DNA of 63,142 nt, filler included, from Chiloscyllium plagiosum (GCF_004010195.1; 5 parts of one record of this genome joined end to end with filler, not necessarily neighbours in it); one strand, 5' to 3'. Numbered from the whole stretch's first letter, positions 38,973 through 51,614 are shown. The notes: a model not told the origin generated them from the letters alone. Translations and numbers: made by a program.

Positions 38973-40000
38973 AATATTGGCTCTCCTCATTCCTCATTGG
39001 AGATGTATCCAAGAATTTGATATTCATATGATTTATAAAGAGTAACATTCCAGTACCGATGACTGGGAAATATCATGTTCCTTCCCTCCAGTCTCAGCAG
39101 CCATGTCACGAATTCTCTGTGTTTTCTGTCTCCTCCCCAATATCATAATCACACTGCAATTGAAGTCCAGTGAATGGTACTTAATCACAGTTGATTGACA
39201 TCGATATCATTGAGAACATGACCATCAACTACTCTCTCTGATCCTCGAATAACCATCTGAATTGTGTGTCACATCACATTCTCTGTTAATATATCCATGC
39301 CATTTGTCTGCTATAACTTATGTTGTTTTAGGCATATTTTCCTGTCAGATTATGGACTATAAAAGTTCTCTCCTTGTTTTACTGACATTATAATCACTGA
39401 TCAGGAATTACAGGCTCCATGTTTCAATTTATAAATGGAGAAACTTGTTTATCTTCTGACAATCCGTTGTCATTACTCCCATATCCAAGGCAGAGTGAAT
39501 GATTACAGGCAATCAATCTACCATCTCCAATATTCCGTCCCTCAGTCACACCCACATATCCCATGCCAAATGTGTAAATTTTAAGCGTTCTTTTGGATTC
39601 TAATAAAATCAGTATTGAATTCAAAGTAGCTAACTGGAGCTATTTGTTCAGTGACTGTTATTAATGTCAATCTCCGTGGATTCTAATTAACCCAGTTGAG
39701 AGTTTCACCGCTACAGAAAACTGTCGAGTCCAGGTAATTGAGTATATTTAAGAGCGAGACAGATAGGTTCTTGATTGTAAAAGGGATCAAGGGTTACAAA
39801 TAGAAAGCGGGAGAATGGGGTTGAGAAGCTTAACAGCTATCTTTGAATGGCAGAGCAGGCTCAATCGGCCTAATGGCCAAATTTCTGCTCCAATGTCTTC
39901 TGGTCATATGTTTCATATTGGCTCTCCTCATTCTTCATTGGAGATTTGACCTCTATGTGAAGAATTAAATTTCAAGAATGATGGCTGGGAAATATCATGT

Positions 40001-40520
40001 TCCCTCCCTCCAGTCTCAGCAGCCATGTCCCCAAAATCATAATCACACTGCAATCGAAATCCAGTGAAATTTACTTCATCATAGTTGATTGACATCGATA
40101 ACATTAACAGCATGATCCTCACCTGCCCTCTGTGATCCTCGAATAACCATCTGAGTTGTGTGTCACATCATATTCTCTGTTAGCATATCCATGTCATTTG
40201 TCTACTATCACTCATGTAGTTGTATGCACATTTTCTTGTCAGATTATGGACTAGAAAAGTTCCCCTCCCTCCAGTCTCAGCAGCCATGTCCCCAAAATCA
40301 TAATCACACTGCAATCGAAATCCAGTGAAATTTACTTCATCATAGTTGATTGACATCGATAACATTAACAGCATGATCCTCACCTGCCCTCTGTGATCCT
40401 CGAATACCATCTGAGTTGTGTGTCACATCATATTCTCTGTTAGCATATCCATGCCATTTGTCTATTATCACTCATATAGTTGTATGCACATTTTCTTGTC
40501 AGATTATGGACTAGAAAAGT
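40001..40520 (+). repeat. ~260-bp near-identical tandem duplication upstream of exon copy 2
   Basis: ccctccagtctcagcagccatgtccccaaaatc...ggactagaaaagtt occurs at ~40006 and ~40267. Confidence 0.9.
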
Positions 40521-40815
40521 TCTCTCCATATTTTACTGACATTATAATCACTGATTAGTAGTTGCAGACTATATGTTTCGATTTATAAACGGAGAAACTT
40601 TTTAAAGTTCTGACAATCCTTTGACATTACTCGCATATCTAAGGCGGATTGAATGATTACATACAATCAATCTACCAACTCAAATATTTCTTCCCTCTGT
40701 TCACCACGCCCCCACGCATATCCTCTGCCAAATGTGTAAATTTTAATCTTTTTCTTTGAATTTTACTAAAATCAATATTGAATTCAAAGGGGTTAACTGG
40801 AGCTATTTGTTCAGT

Positions 40816-40838
40816 GACTGTGATTAATATCAATCTCC
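40816..40838 (+). promoter_or_regulatory. Conserved upstream motif GACTGTGATT(A/G)AT(G/A)TCAATCTCC
   Basis: Found ~165-200 bp upstream of the ATG of exon copies 2, 3 (47605-47627) and 4 (60235-60257), and at 39653-39675. Regulatory function is inferred. Confidence 0.5.
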
Positions 40839-41013
40839 ACGGATCCTAATTATCACAATGGACAGTATTCATCATTGAATGATAAATGGGCTCTGTTCAA
40901 TATGCTATCCCATAGTATGAGTAGAAGCATCACTGATAGCACTAACAGGGATCAGCAGCTTGAGAGAGACAGAGAGGGAGGATCTGAAAACATTTGACTG
41001 GAATGTTACAATA

Positions 41014-41188
41014 ATGGATCCGAGTCTGAGAACATTCGACTGGAATATTCCCACAGTGGACAGGAGCTTATCATCGGGTCTTTACTGGCTTTCTCGGCCT
41101 TGGATATCATTAGCATCGCGGATCCAGGATATTCTTTGGATTATTCAAGGTGGTTACTATCCCATCCTCGCTATAGTTGGTGTTCCTA
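41014..41188 (+). CDS. GPR139-like: GPR139-like GPCR exon 1, copy 2 (intact reading frame, partial gene)
   Basis: MDPSLRTFDWNIPTVDRSLSSGLYWLSRPWISLASRIQDILWIIQGGYYPILAIVGVP-A|gtaagt. The YY....GxP start of TM1 followed by a phase-1 intron matches GPR139 (VYYSLLLCLGLP|A). No exon 2 seen. Confidence 0.75.
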
Positions 41189-41814
41189 GTAAGTCATTAT
41201 ATTTGTCGACTAAACCGGGTTGACCTGAATTTCTGCACATGATATATAAATTTTGGAAAGTGCAAGTCATTGCCTTCAGTTCTAAACAAAAATTCCTTTC
41301 CTTCTATATTATAACTAAGAAAACTACTATTTATAAATTACTCACTGATATGCGAGAAGGAACCAGACTGTTCTCAAACTCCATAATCCATTTTTTCCTT
41401 CACAGATTTATATCTCCATGTCCTCCCCAATCACCAATCCTGTCCAATGCCACCATCATGATATCCCAGTCTCGCCCTCAGTCTCAGTGCAACTTCTGAA
41501 TAAACCATTTGTGCCTTTGTTCAATCCGGATGCAACAGTTTCACGGTCCTTATAACCACATGTCCATCACTAAATAATTGCTATTGAGAATGTTTAACTT
41601 GTTCTATGCACATACGGGAAGACAGTTTATGGTGGTCAAGCCAGTGACTCATAATCTAGAACCACAGAATAATGGTCTGTTGATATCTCATGGTAGAAAT
41701 TGGGGTGTTTAAAAGCAACCATTATTATTTGTTATAAAAACCAATCCGCTTGCCTCAAGTCCTTTAGGGAAGTCATTATGTCATGCTTCCTTCGTCAGGT
41801 TTCAGTGTGACTTC

Positions 41815-42514
41815 TGTGATAAACACGTGGGTGTACTGTACCTTTGAGAGAATTAAAAGAAAACAATAACTATCTGACAGCACCAAGTGTTCTGAAAAAT
41901 AGATATAATATAACATTTGGTTGAACAACCCAATTAGCTCATTGTCTCGAAACAAAAGCAAATTCAGCAATACATTTTAAATTATACCCCAAAATAACTA
42001 CCTCAAAGTTTGAATTTATTATATTGACAATCTTACAATCCAATGATACAATCCCCAATAGTTTGGTGGTACAAGACCATGGAACATTGAACAGTTGAGA
42101 GGAGAACTGCCAAACTACCAGCATGCAAAGACTGCCTGAAAAATAGCTCTCCTACTGGTACCTTTATTGATTAGTAACTGGTGCAGCAGAGTCCTCAAGA
42201 AGAAAAGAAGACAGGAATATGGAGAATAACCAAAAGCTTCCTCGTTTTGAGATAAGAAGTTTTGTTTTGTAAATCTTAATTAGGAGTCTTATTGGACTAG
42301 TATTGTGGAGGGGGAAGGTAAAAGGCAGGTTAGAGGAAGAAGTTGTAAATAGTCGTTCGTTTATTATTCTCTGTTATACTTTAAGAAATAAAGTTGTTAA
42401 TTTTTACTTTAAATAGATTTGGACTCAAGAATTATGACAGATTACTGCATGGGATAAATCTTTTCTCTGTTGCTGGTTTTAATTAAGCAGGAAGATTTAT
42501 CCTGTGTTGTAACA
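41815..42514. mobile_element. Solo LTR (Gypsy-like), 700 bp
   Basis: TGT...ACA termini, degenerate 4-bp TSD (cttc/ctaa) and internal AATAAA. The empty site gtgtgactgcaaacc is present in copy 1 at ~31622-31636. Confidence 0.8.
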
Positions 42515-43669
42515 CTAAAAACCTACAGCTATGCGATTTACTCTTTATGGTACTGTGGAACAGCTGAACCAGTTCAAGATCTGCATAACATGCTGCCCTG
42601 ACCAGGGCTGCATACATCCTATGAGAGAAGAACACAAGTAAAGATAGCGCCCTTCCTCTGTNNNNNNNNNNNNNNNNNNNNNNNNNNNNNNNNNNNNNNN
42701 NNNNNNNNNNNNNNNNNNNNNNNNNNNNNNNNNNNNNNNNNNNNNNNNNNNNNNNNNNNNNNNNNNNNNNNNNNNNNNNNNNNNNNNNNNNNNNNNNNNN
42801 NNNNNNNNNNNNNNNNNNNNNNNNNNNNNNNNNNNNNNNNNNNNNNNNNNNNNNNNNNNNNNNNNNNNNNNNNNNNNNNNNNNNNNNNNNNNNNNNNNNN
42901 NNNNNNNNNNNNNNNNNNNNNNNNNNNNNNNNNNNNNNNNNNNNNNNNNNNNNNNNNNNNNNNNNNNNNNNNNNNNNNNNNNNNNNNNNNNNNNNNNNNN
43001 NNNNNNNNNNNNNNNNNNNNNNNNNNNNNNNNNNNNNNNNNNNNNNNNNNNNNNNNNNNNNNNNNNNNNNNNNNNNNNNNNNNNNNNNNNNNNNNNNNNN
43101 NNNNNNNNNNNNNNNNNNNNNNNNNNNNNNNNNNNNNNNNNNNNNNNNNNNNNNNNNNNNNCATTCTATCTCCAAATAAGGCTCAGGCACTACCACTCTC
43201 ACTAATAAATTCAGTGACTTTCTTCCTCAATTTCTCTATCAGCGACGCAATACCTCCCACACTAACAATACTATATGGATTCTAAACTGTCGGCTGATTC
43301 ATTCCAGACACCTCACAACTCCCCCCAACTACACAAGCACTAACAGCAGGGTCACGCATTCCCTCTCTCCCTCCCTCCCTCCCTCCTGTTTTCCCATTCC
43401 AGGAGAAACAGCCTGGAATAGGACAGAAAGGCCCAAGCCGGGTAGTGGAGTAACCGATATCCGTTCCCTCATCCCCTCCCCCCGCCATGTGGGGCGGACT
43501 CTGAAAGAGCCAAAGAGGAGCAGGATGCCTCGTGTGGAGATTCTCAAACGTCCATGTCCCACCGACCGTTTCAGGAGCAATTTTCAGTGAAAGACAATTC
43601 TCACTTTAAACCCACTGGCAGTTCCAAGAGCAATCCTTTCACTTCCAATAAAAAGCACAGATACCTCAC

Positions 43670-43955
43670 GGCACAGAAACGCAGACACAAAAATACACAG
43701 AGGTATTACTAAACACCCCAATATACGAACACACACAATACTTACAAGGAGATAGGCATAGTCACACGTATAAACACACAGCGACATATATATCACATAC
43801 AAATAGACACAAACACAGATAGAAACAGAGACTGAGACACAGACAGACAGATGTAGACACGCAAACACACAGATAGCAAGCACATGGACACACACGCACA
43901 CATATATATCCACGCGCACACACACACACACACAGAGACACAGAGGCACAGACAC
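43670..43955. repeat. CA-rich low-complexity/degenerate microsatellite
   Basis: Interrupted acacac/agac tracts. Confidence 0.85.
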
Positions 43956-45989
43956 TAGTGTCATTAAGACACAAATCGATATGTTTTTGATTTGTAAGTG
44001 GATCAAGGATTCTTGGGAGAAGGCAGAAGAATGAGGTCGAGGTGCATATAAGAAATTATTGAATAGAATTTCAGACTCGATCGGCTGAATGGCCTCAATC
44101 TGCTTATTTCCTTAATGCTCCTCCAGTATTATGCTATCAGGCATTCTCTTCCTGAGACATCAGCAGAGGCTGGATGTGATACATGTTTGATTGGAAAGGG
44201 TCGGTGGGAATATGGGACAGGTTTGGTTTATCTTTATTCCTAATTATTCTGTCCTTATGCCTGAAAAGAGGTGGTGATTTGATGTTCAGTTAACTCAGTT
44301 TTAAAATAACAGTCCCACAATGAAATAAGTACGTCCCTTTCACTTTAGCGCTGTGCTACCTGTTGGGTCCTCATCCTCAGGGAGCAGTACAGACTCGGTT
44401 ATTGAAGATTTACAAGGCTCAGCTCGACTGATCTTTGCTGGACAGAAGGGTCAGTGTTTATTGGGAACAATAAACTGAGAAGTAGCAGCCAATTGAACCC
44501 TCTCTCCTACTTTGTTCCGACCGATAGCAAAGTGTGAGACCAGAAAATCCCTGAGTTATCCTTACCACTTGTGAAGGATTCCTGGTGAGGATTCATTGGA
44601 ATCTCTCCACTGTCTGAAACAAAACAAAATCTGCCAAATCCAACTGTTCCAGAAAGAAATCCCGCTACCAGTACATTGTGTGAGCAGAATAACTTCAAAG
44701 GCACAATAACGTTTGACAAACTCTATCATTTTAACATTTGTTATGAGTTCAACTTTCTGTGTCTCACATTTTTCTAGAAAATGACCTACTCTGAGACCTA
44801 TATCATTGGCCACATCACTAAACTGGTTGCATTTAAGGTTGGTGTAACCAGTGGAGGAGTGGGACTGGAAAAGGAAACAGTGACCCTCCAACTTTGTCTG
44901 GAACACAAATGAAAACTTCTCAAATGGATGTTCAAATGGAAATTCCCTTCCCCAGAAGTTTGTGGTGCTTGGTTGTTTACATTTATTTAAAGTTGTATTT
45001 GGTGACATTTGACAGACAAGTGAATTTAGCAAATGTTTTGTGTCAAGTCTCAAGGAGGCATCTTCCAACTCAGAGAAGACACAGCCATGTTCTCCATGGA
45101 GGTCAGAAATTGTTGGGAAGAGTTAACTCTTTAATAATAAAGGTATTGTGGCTGCTGTCGAGATTATGGATAACATGACATTCATTGCAGGATCACACAC
45201 CAATTGAACTCTATTAATTTTGGGAGAGTTCATTCAATCGCCTGAACCTCCCCCCCCCCCCCCCCCTCTCTCTCTCTGTCTTAATCGAAAAAGACAGTGA
45301 GTGCAGTTGGGTGGAACGTTCTCAGAGGCTCTTAAACTATCGAAAATCATGTAACCTGGATGACAAAAAAAACATGGAATTTTTCTCCGTATCAGTGGCT
45401 GTTTAGAACATCATGAGTGATTGTCCATCGCCCTTGAGGTTCAATGCAATCACCTCTTATTCTCTCACTGAGCTTCACTCACTGCTCATGGTGCCATCAT
45501 CCCAGGGATTAGTCTGGTGAAACTTGAGAGAAAGTCTATCCACAGTACTCCAAATACTGCCTCAACAACACTCTCAGGGATGATCGCAATAATCCTTTTC
45601 TCTCACTTAGATATCGCCATTACTTTCCTGTGCCACAAAAAGCCATTCCTTCTCTATGCACTACGTCTGACATGGAATTTACAAGTCCCTGTACTCCAGC
45701 ATCAATAAAGCTAGCAACAGAGATGCGTCTGGAGATGTGCATCACTGTTAGGGAGAACTTCAATGAGATTGAATACACCTAAATTAGGGGATGATCACCT
45801 ATCTGAAGAGAAATGAGCTGTAGGAATACAGGAAACAGGCAGAGGGAGCTATCATTACGTTTAGTCTTCTCTCACAGGATGGATGCAGCCCTGGATAGGC
45901 CAACATGTTATGCTGATCTTGAACTGAGTGGCTGGTTCAGTTGTTCCACAGACCAGTACAGAGTAAAACACATTGCTGGTGGTTTGTAA

Positions 45990-46666
45990 TGTTACAACAC
46001 AGGATACATTTTCCGGCTTAATTAAAATCAGTAACAAAGAAAAGATGTATTCCATGCAGTAATATGTGATCATTCTAGAGTCCAAATTCTGAAGTAAAAT
46101 TTAATAACTTTATTTCTTAAAATATAACAGAATAATAAACGAATGACTGTTTGCAACGTCTTCCTCTAACCTATCTTTTATCTTCCCCCTCCACAATACT
46201 AGTCCGATAAGACTGCTAATTAAGATTTACAAAACAAACCTTCCAATCTCGAAACCAGGAAGCTTTTGGTTGTTCTCCATTTTCATGTCTTCTTTTCTTC
46301 TTGGGGATTCTGCTTCACCAATTACTAATCAATAAAAGTACCTTAAAGAGAGCATTTTTCAGGCAGTCTTTGTATGCTCGTAGCTTGATAATTCTCCTCT
46401 CAACTGTTCAATTTTCCACGGTTGGATTGTGTTTTTGGCCTTTAAGATTGTCTATATACGAAATTCAAACTTGATTGGAGGTGGGTATTTTGGGTTATAA
46501 TTTAAATTGTTTTGCTGAATTTTTTCTGGCTCGAGACAATGAGCTAATTGAGTTGTTCAACCAAAGGTTACCTTATATCTATTTTTCAGAAAACTTGGGG
46601 CCGTCAGGTAGTCATTGCTTGCTTTTAATTCTCTTAAAGGTACAGTACACCCACACGTTCATCACA
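45990..46666. mobile_element. Solo LTR, paralog of 41815-42514
   Basis: Same TGT...ACA-bounded element at the same intronic position, in inverted orientation. Confidence 0.8.
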
Positions 46667-47295
46667 GAAGTCACGCTGAAACCCGACCAGGGAAACATGA
46701 CACATTGACTTCCCTAACGTACTTGAGACAAGCAGATGTTTTAGTATAACAAATGATAATGGTTGCTTTTAAGTTCCCCCAATTTCCTTCATGAGATGCC
46801 AACAGACTATTATTCTGTGGTTCTAGATTATGTGTCAATGGCTTGACCACCATGAACTGTCTTCCTGTATGTGCAGAGAACAAGTTAAACATTCTCAAGA
46901 GCAATCGTTAAGTGACGGACATGTGATTAGAAGGAACTTAAAACTGCTGTATGCGGATTAAACAAAGGCACAAATCATGGTTCATTCAGGAGTTGCACTG
47001 AGACTGCGGAAGAGACTAGCATATCACAATGGTGGTATTGGACAGGATTGGTGAGTGTGGAGGACATGGAGATGTAAATCTGTGAAGGACAAAATGGATC
47101 ATGGAGTTTGAGAACAGTCTGGTTCCTTCTCGCATATCAGTGAGTAATTTATAAATAGTAGTTTGTTAGTTATAATTTATAAGGAAAGGAATTTTTGTTT
47201 GGAACTGAAGACATTGACTTGCACTTTCCAAAATTTATACATCATGAGCAGAAATTCAGATCAACCCGGTTTAGTAGACAAATATAATGACTTAC

Positions 47296-47428
47296 CAGGA
47301 ACACCAACTATCGTGAGGATGGGATTGTAACCACCTTGAATAATCCAAAGGAAATCCTGTATCCGATATACTAATGATATCCAAGGCAGAGAAAGCCAGT
47401 AAAGACCCGAGGATAAACTCCTGTCCAT
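47296..47428 (-). CDS. GPR139-like: GPR139-like GPCR exon 1, copy 3 (intact reading frame, partial gene)
   Basis: MDRSLSSGLYWLSLPWISLVYRIQDFLWIIQGGYNPILTIVGVP-G|gtaagt, 133 nt, phase 1. No exon 2 seen. Confidence 0.75.
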
Positions 47429-49125
47429 TGTTGGAACATTCCAGTCTAATGTTCTCAGATTCTGATCTCTCCTCCCCCTCTCTCTCGAGCTGCTGATCCC
47501 TATTAGTGCTCTCAGTGACGCTCCTACTCATACTATGGGACATTGAAAAGAGTCCATTTATCTTTCAACGATGGAAACTCTCCACTGGGATAATTAGGAT
47601 CCACGGAGATTGACATTAATCACAGTCTCTGAACAAATTGCTCCAGTTGACCCCTGTGAATTCAATATTGATTTATTAAAATTCAAACGAACGTTCAAAA
47701 TTTACACATTTGGCATGGGATATGTGTGTGAACAGAGGGACGAAATATTTGAGATGGTAGATTGATTGTATGCAATCATTCAATCTTCCTTAGATATGGG
47801 AGTAATGTCAAAGGATTGTCAGAACATAAAGAAGTTTCTCCGTTTATAAATGGAAACATACAGTCTGTTGCTACTGATCAGTGATTTTAATGTCTGTAAA
47901 ATATGGAGAGAACTTTTCTAGTCCGTAATCTGACAGGAAAATCTGCCTACGTCAACATGAGTTATAATAAACAAATGGCATGGATATGTTCACAGAGGAT
48001 ATGACGTGATACACAATTCAGATGTCTATTCGAGGATCAGAGAGGGCAGGTGAGGGTCATGCTGTTAATGTTATGGATGTCAATCAACTGTGATTAAGTA
48101 AATTTCACTGGATTTCAATTGCAGCGTGATTATGATATTGGGGTCATGGCTGCTGAGACTGGAGGGAGGGAACATGATATTTCCCATCCATCAGTATTGG
48201 AATTTTATTCTTCATCAATCATGTGAAGATCAAATTCCAGGATGCATCTCCAATGAGGAATGTGGAGAGCCAATATTAACCATACGGCCAGAAGACATTG
48301 GAGCAGAAATTTGGCCATTTAGCCCATTGTGCCTCACTGCCATTCAATGATGGCTGTTAAGCTTCTCAACCCCATTCTCCCGCTTTATACCTGTGACCCT
48401 TGATCCCCTTTACAATCAAGAACCTATTTGTCTCACTCTTAAATATACTCAATTACCTGGCCTCGACAGCCTTCTGTGGCAGTGAATTCCATGGATTCAC
48501 CAATCTCTGGCTGAAGAGGTCCGTCTGTATCTCTGTTATAAAAAGTTTTCTCTTTACTCTGTCTCCTTGGGACCTAGTCTCGCCTACCCTTGGAAATATC
48601 TTCCCAAAATCCACTCTGTCCAGTCCATTCAGTATCTTGTAAGTTTCAAGTAGACCTCCTAACATCGTTTGAACTCTATCATAGAGCCCACAGATGTTCT
48701 TCATATGTTAAGCTTTCCATTCCTGGGACCATTCTCGTGAGTCTCCTTGGAAAACGCTCCAGGGCCGGTACATCCTTCCTGAGATATGGGGCCCAAAACT
48801 GTGTACAACAATCCAAATGTGGCCTGACCAAAACTTTATAGAGGCTCAGAAGTACATCCCTGCATTTATATTCAAACCCTCTTGAAATAAATGTCATCAT
48901 TGTATTTGCCTTCATAACTATCGACAACTTGCAAGTTTACCTTTCGAGACTCCTGGACTTGAACTCACTCGGCTTTTTGCACTTTTGACTTCTGAACCTG
49001 CTCGCTATTTAGAAAATAGTCCATGCCTGTATTCTTCTTGGCAAAGTGCATGATGTCATACTTGCCCACGTTATACTCCAACTGCCACATCTTTGCTCAC
49101 TCCCCTAACCTGTGCAAATCCTTCA

Positions 49126-50176
49126 GTAGGAGAAAGTGAGGACCGCAGATGCTGGAGATCAGAGTCAAAGAGTATGGTGCGAGAAAAGCACAGCCAGCCA
49201 GGTGGCATCCGAGGAGCAGGAGATTCGATGTGTCAGGTATAAAGTCTTCATCAGGAACGAGGTGGTTGGGCGAAAGTGGGCTGAGAGATAAATGGGAGGG
49301 GCTGGGGCTGGGGCTGGGAGGAAGGTAGCTTGGACAGCGATAGCTAGATGAAGGTGGGTGGTGATAGTGTTAGTTCAGAGTGGAAGGTGGAGAGGATAAA
49401 TGGGAAGGAAGATAGACAGATAGGACATTTCAAGAGGGCGGTACTGAACTAGATGGTTAGACATGGGATAAGGTGGTGGGAGGGAAGATGAGTAAATTGG
49501 TGAAATTGCCCTTGATACCGTGTGTTTGGAGGGTTCCTCGGTGGAAGATGATGCGTTCTTCCTCCAGACGAATGCTGGCTAGAAATTGGCAGTGGAGGAA
49601 GCCAAAAACGTGCATGTCCTGGTTGCAGTGGGAGGGAGAGTTGAAGTATTCAAGGATAGGGAAGTGGGGTTGTTGGGTGTGTGTGTCTGAGAGTGTTACC
49701 TGAACCGTTCTGCAAGTTGATGTCCTGTCTCCCCAATGGGAAGGAGACCAGGCGCAATGGATAGAGTAGATGTGGTGTTTGGATGCACAGAATGTTCTTT
49801 ACCTTAGGTGGAAGGATCCTTTGGGGCCTTGGATGGAGGTGAGGAGGGAGTGTTGACATAGGTTTCATACCTCTTGTAGTGGCAAAGAAGGTGCCAGGAG
49901 TGGAACGTGGCTGGGTAGGGATGGGGGTCGGGGGTGAACCTCACGAGGGAGTTGTGAAGGGAATGTTCTCTGCTGATATGGGTGGGGAGGGAATTATACA
50001 TCTCGTGGTGGGGTCTGACTGTTGGTGGCGGAAATAGCGGAGGTTGATGCGTTGTATCCTGTGGTTGGTGGGATGGAAGGTGAGAACCAGAGGGGTTCTA
50101 TCCTTGTTGTAGTTGGAAGGGTGTAGATCAAGGGCGGAGGTGCGGGAAGTTGCAGAGATGCGCTAGAGCACCCTCC
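49126..50176 (-). mobile_element. Penelope 3' fragment nested in CR1 (paralog of 37087-38120)
   Basis: Same junctions as the left-arm copy, in inverted orientation. Confidence 0.85.
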
Positions 50177-50617
50177 TGCAGCCTAACCATCTCTTCAATA
50201 CTACCTGCCCCTCTATCTATCTTTGCACTGTTTGAAAACTTAGCCAGAATCCCCTCAGTTCCTTCATGTAAATCCTTAATGCATAAAGGGAAAAGTTGTG
50301 GCCCCAACATTGAGTCTTGTGGAACATCACTTGTCCCTGGCTGCCATCCTGAGAAGGACTCTTTTATCCCAACTCTCTGCTTTTTGTCAGACAGTCATGC
50401 CTCTAACACTATGGGCCCTTATCTTTCGCAATAGCCTCCTGTGTGGCACCTTGTCGAAGGATTCTTGAGGAGCAAGCGGATAACATCTATTGTTCTTCTT
50501 GGTCTAATCTGCTCGTTACTCCCTCAATGAATTTTAACTGGTTTGTCAAGCCTGACCTCCTCTTGATGGAACCATGCTGACTCTGTCCTATTTTACCAAA
50601 GACCTCCAAGTATTCAT

Positions 50618-50943
50618 GGGCGGCACGGTGGCACAGTGGTTAGCACTGCTGCCTCACAGCGCCTGAGACCCGGGTTCAATTCCCGCCTCAGGCGACTGAC
50701 TGTGTGGAGTTTGCACGTTCTCCCCGTGTCTGCGTGGGTTTCGTCCGGGTGCTCCTGTTTCCTCCCACAGTCCAAAAAAAAGATGTGCAGGGTCAGGTGA
50801 ATTGGCCATGCTAAATTGCCCGTAGTGTTAGGTAAGGGGTAAATGTAGGGGTATGGGTGGGTTTCGCTTCGGCGGGTCGGTGTGGACTTGTTGGGCCGAA
50901 GGGCCTGTTTCCATACTGTAATGTAATCTAATCTAATCTAATC
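50618..50943 (+). mobile_element. Full-length HE1-type tRNA-derived SINE with 6-bp TSD
   Basis: A box (tggcacagtgg), B box (gggttcaattccc), V-SINE-like central domain, CR1-like 3' end and (AATCT)n tail. TSD TATTCA at 50611-50616 and 50944-50949. Confidence 0.93.
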
Positions 50944-51614
50944 TATTCAGAAATCCCATCCTTCACGATGGATTCCAGGTTGTTACCCACAACCAATCAG
51001 TCTGTAATTTTCCATTTTCTGTTTAACTCCCTTATTAAACGGGATGTCTTGTTAGCAATTTTCCAGCCTCTCGACTCTTTCCTGATTTTAGTCATTCCTG
51101 AAAGATTACCACTAACACTTGCACTACCTCTTCAGCTATCTCCCTTACAAGGCTGGGGTGCAGTCCAACTGGTCCAGGTGATTTATCCACATTCAGGCCA
51201 TTAAGTTTTCTAAAATGTTTTTCTTGATGATGGCCACCATACTCAGCTCTGCCCTCTCACTCTCTTCAAATGTTGTGAAATTATTCATGTCTTCCATCAT
51301 GAAGACTGATGCAAAGTTCCTTATCCATTTATTTGTTTCCCACTACTCTCTCTCCAGCTTCATTTTCCAGTGTCCAATATTACTTTTACCTCTCTTTTGA
51401 ACTTTATATATCGAAAGAACCTCTTACAGTCTCCTTTATATAGCTAGTTCGCTTACCCCTATATTTAATCTCCTCCCTCCTTTTTTTGCCCTCTGTTGGT
51501 CTTTATAAGTTTTCCAATTCTCTAGTTTCCCACTGACCTTCACCACATTATATGCTTGGTCTTTTGCTTGTATGCAATCCCTGACTTCCTTCGTCAACCG
51601 TGGTTGCCTCATCC

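Larger units (their letters stand above)
35847..42661 (+). repeat. Segmental duplication, inner left arm (inverted copy at ~45838-51827)
   Basis: Collinear reverse-complement match over CR1, nested Penelope, promoter region, GPR139-like exon 1, intron and solo LTR. Roughly 90% identity by eye in the intron. Confidence 0.93.

Noticed and set aside
43584..44006. Hydrophobic Cys/Val-rich ORFs as membrane proteins
   Set aside because: Translation of a TG-rich microsatellite.
44562..45068. 168-aa minus-strand ORF
   Set aside because: Non-ATG start, no recognisable domain, and AT-rich intron-like composition. Only the 48-bp exon candidate at its end was retained.
50618..50700. tRNA gene
   Set aside because: The A/B boxes belong to the SINE head. 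They are followed by SINE body, tail and TSD, with no complete cloverleaf.
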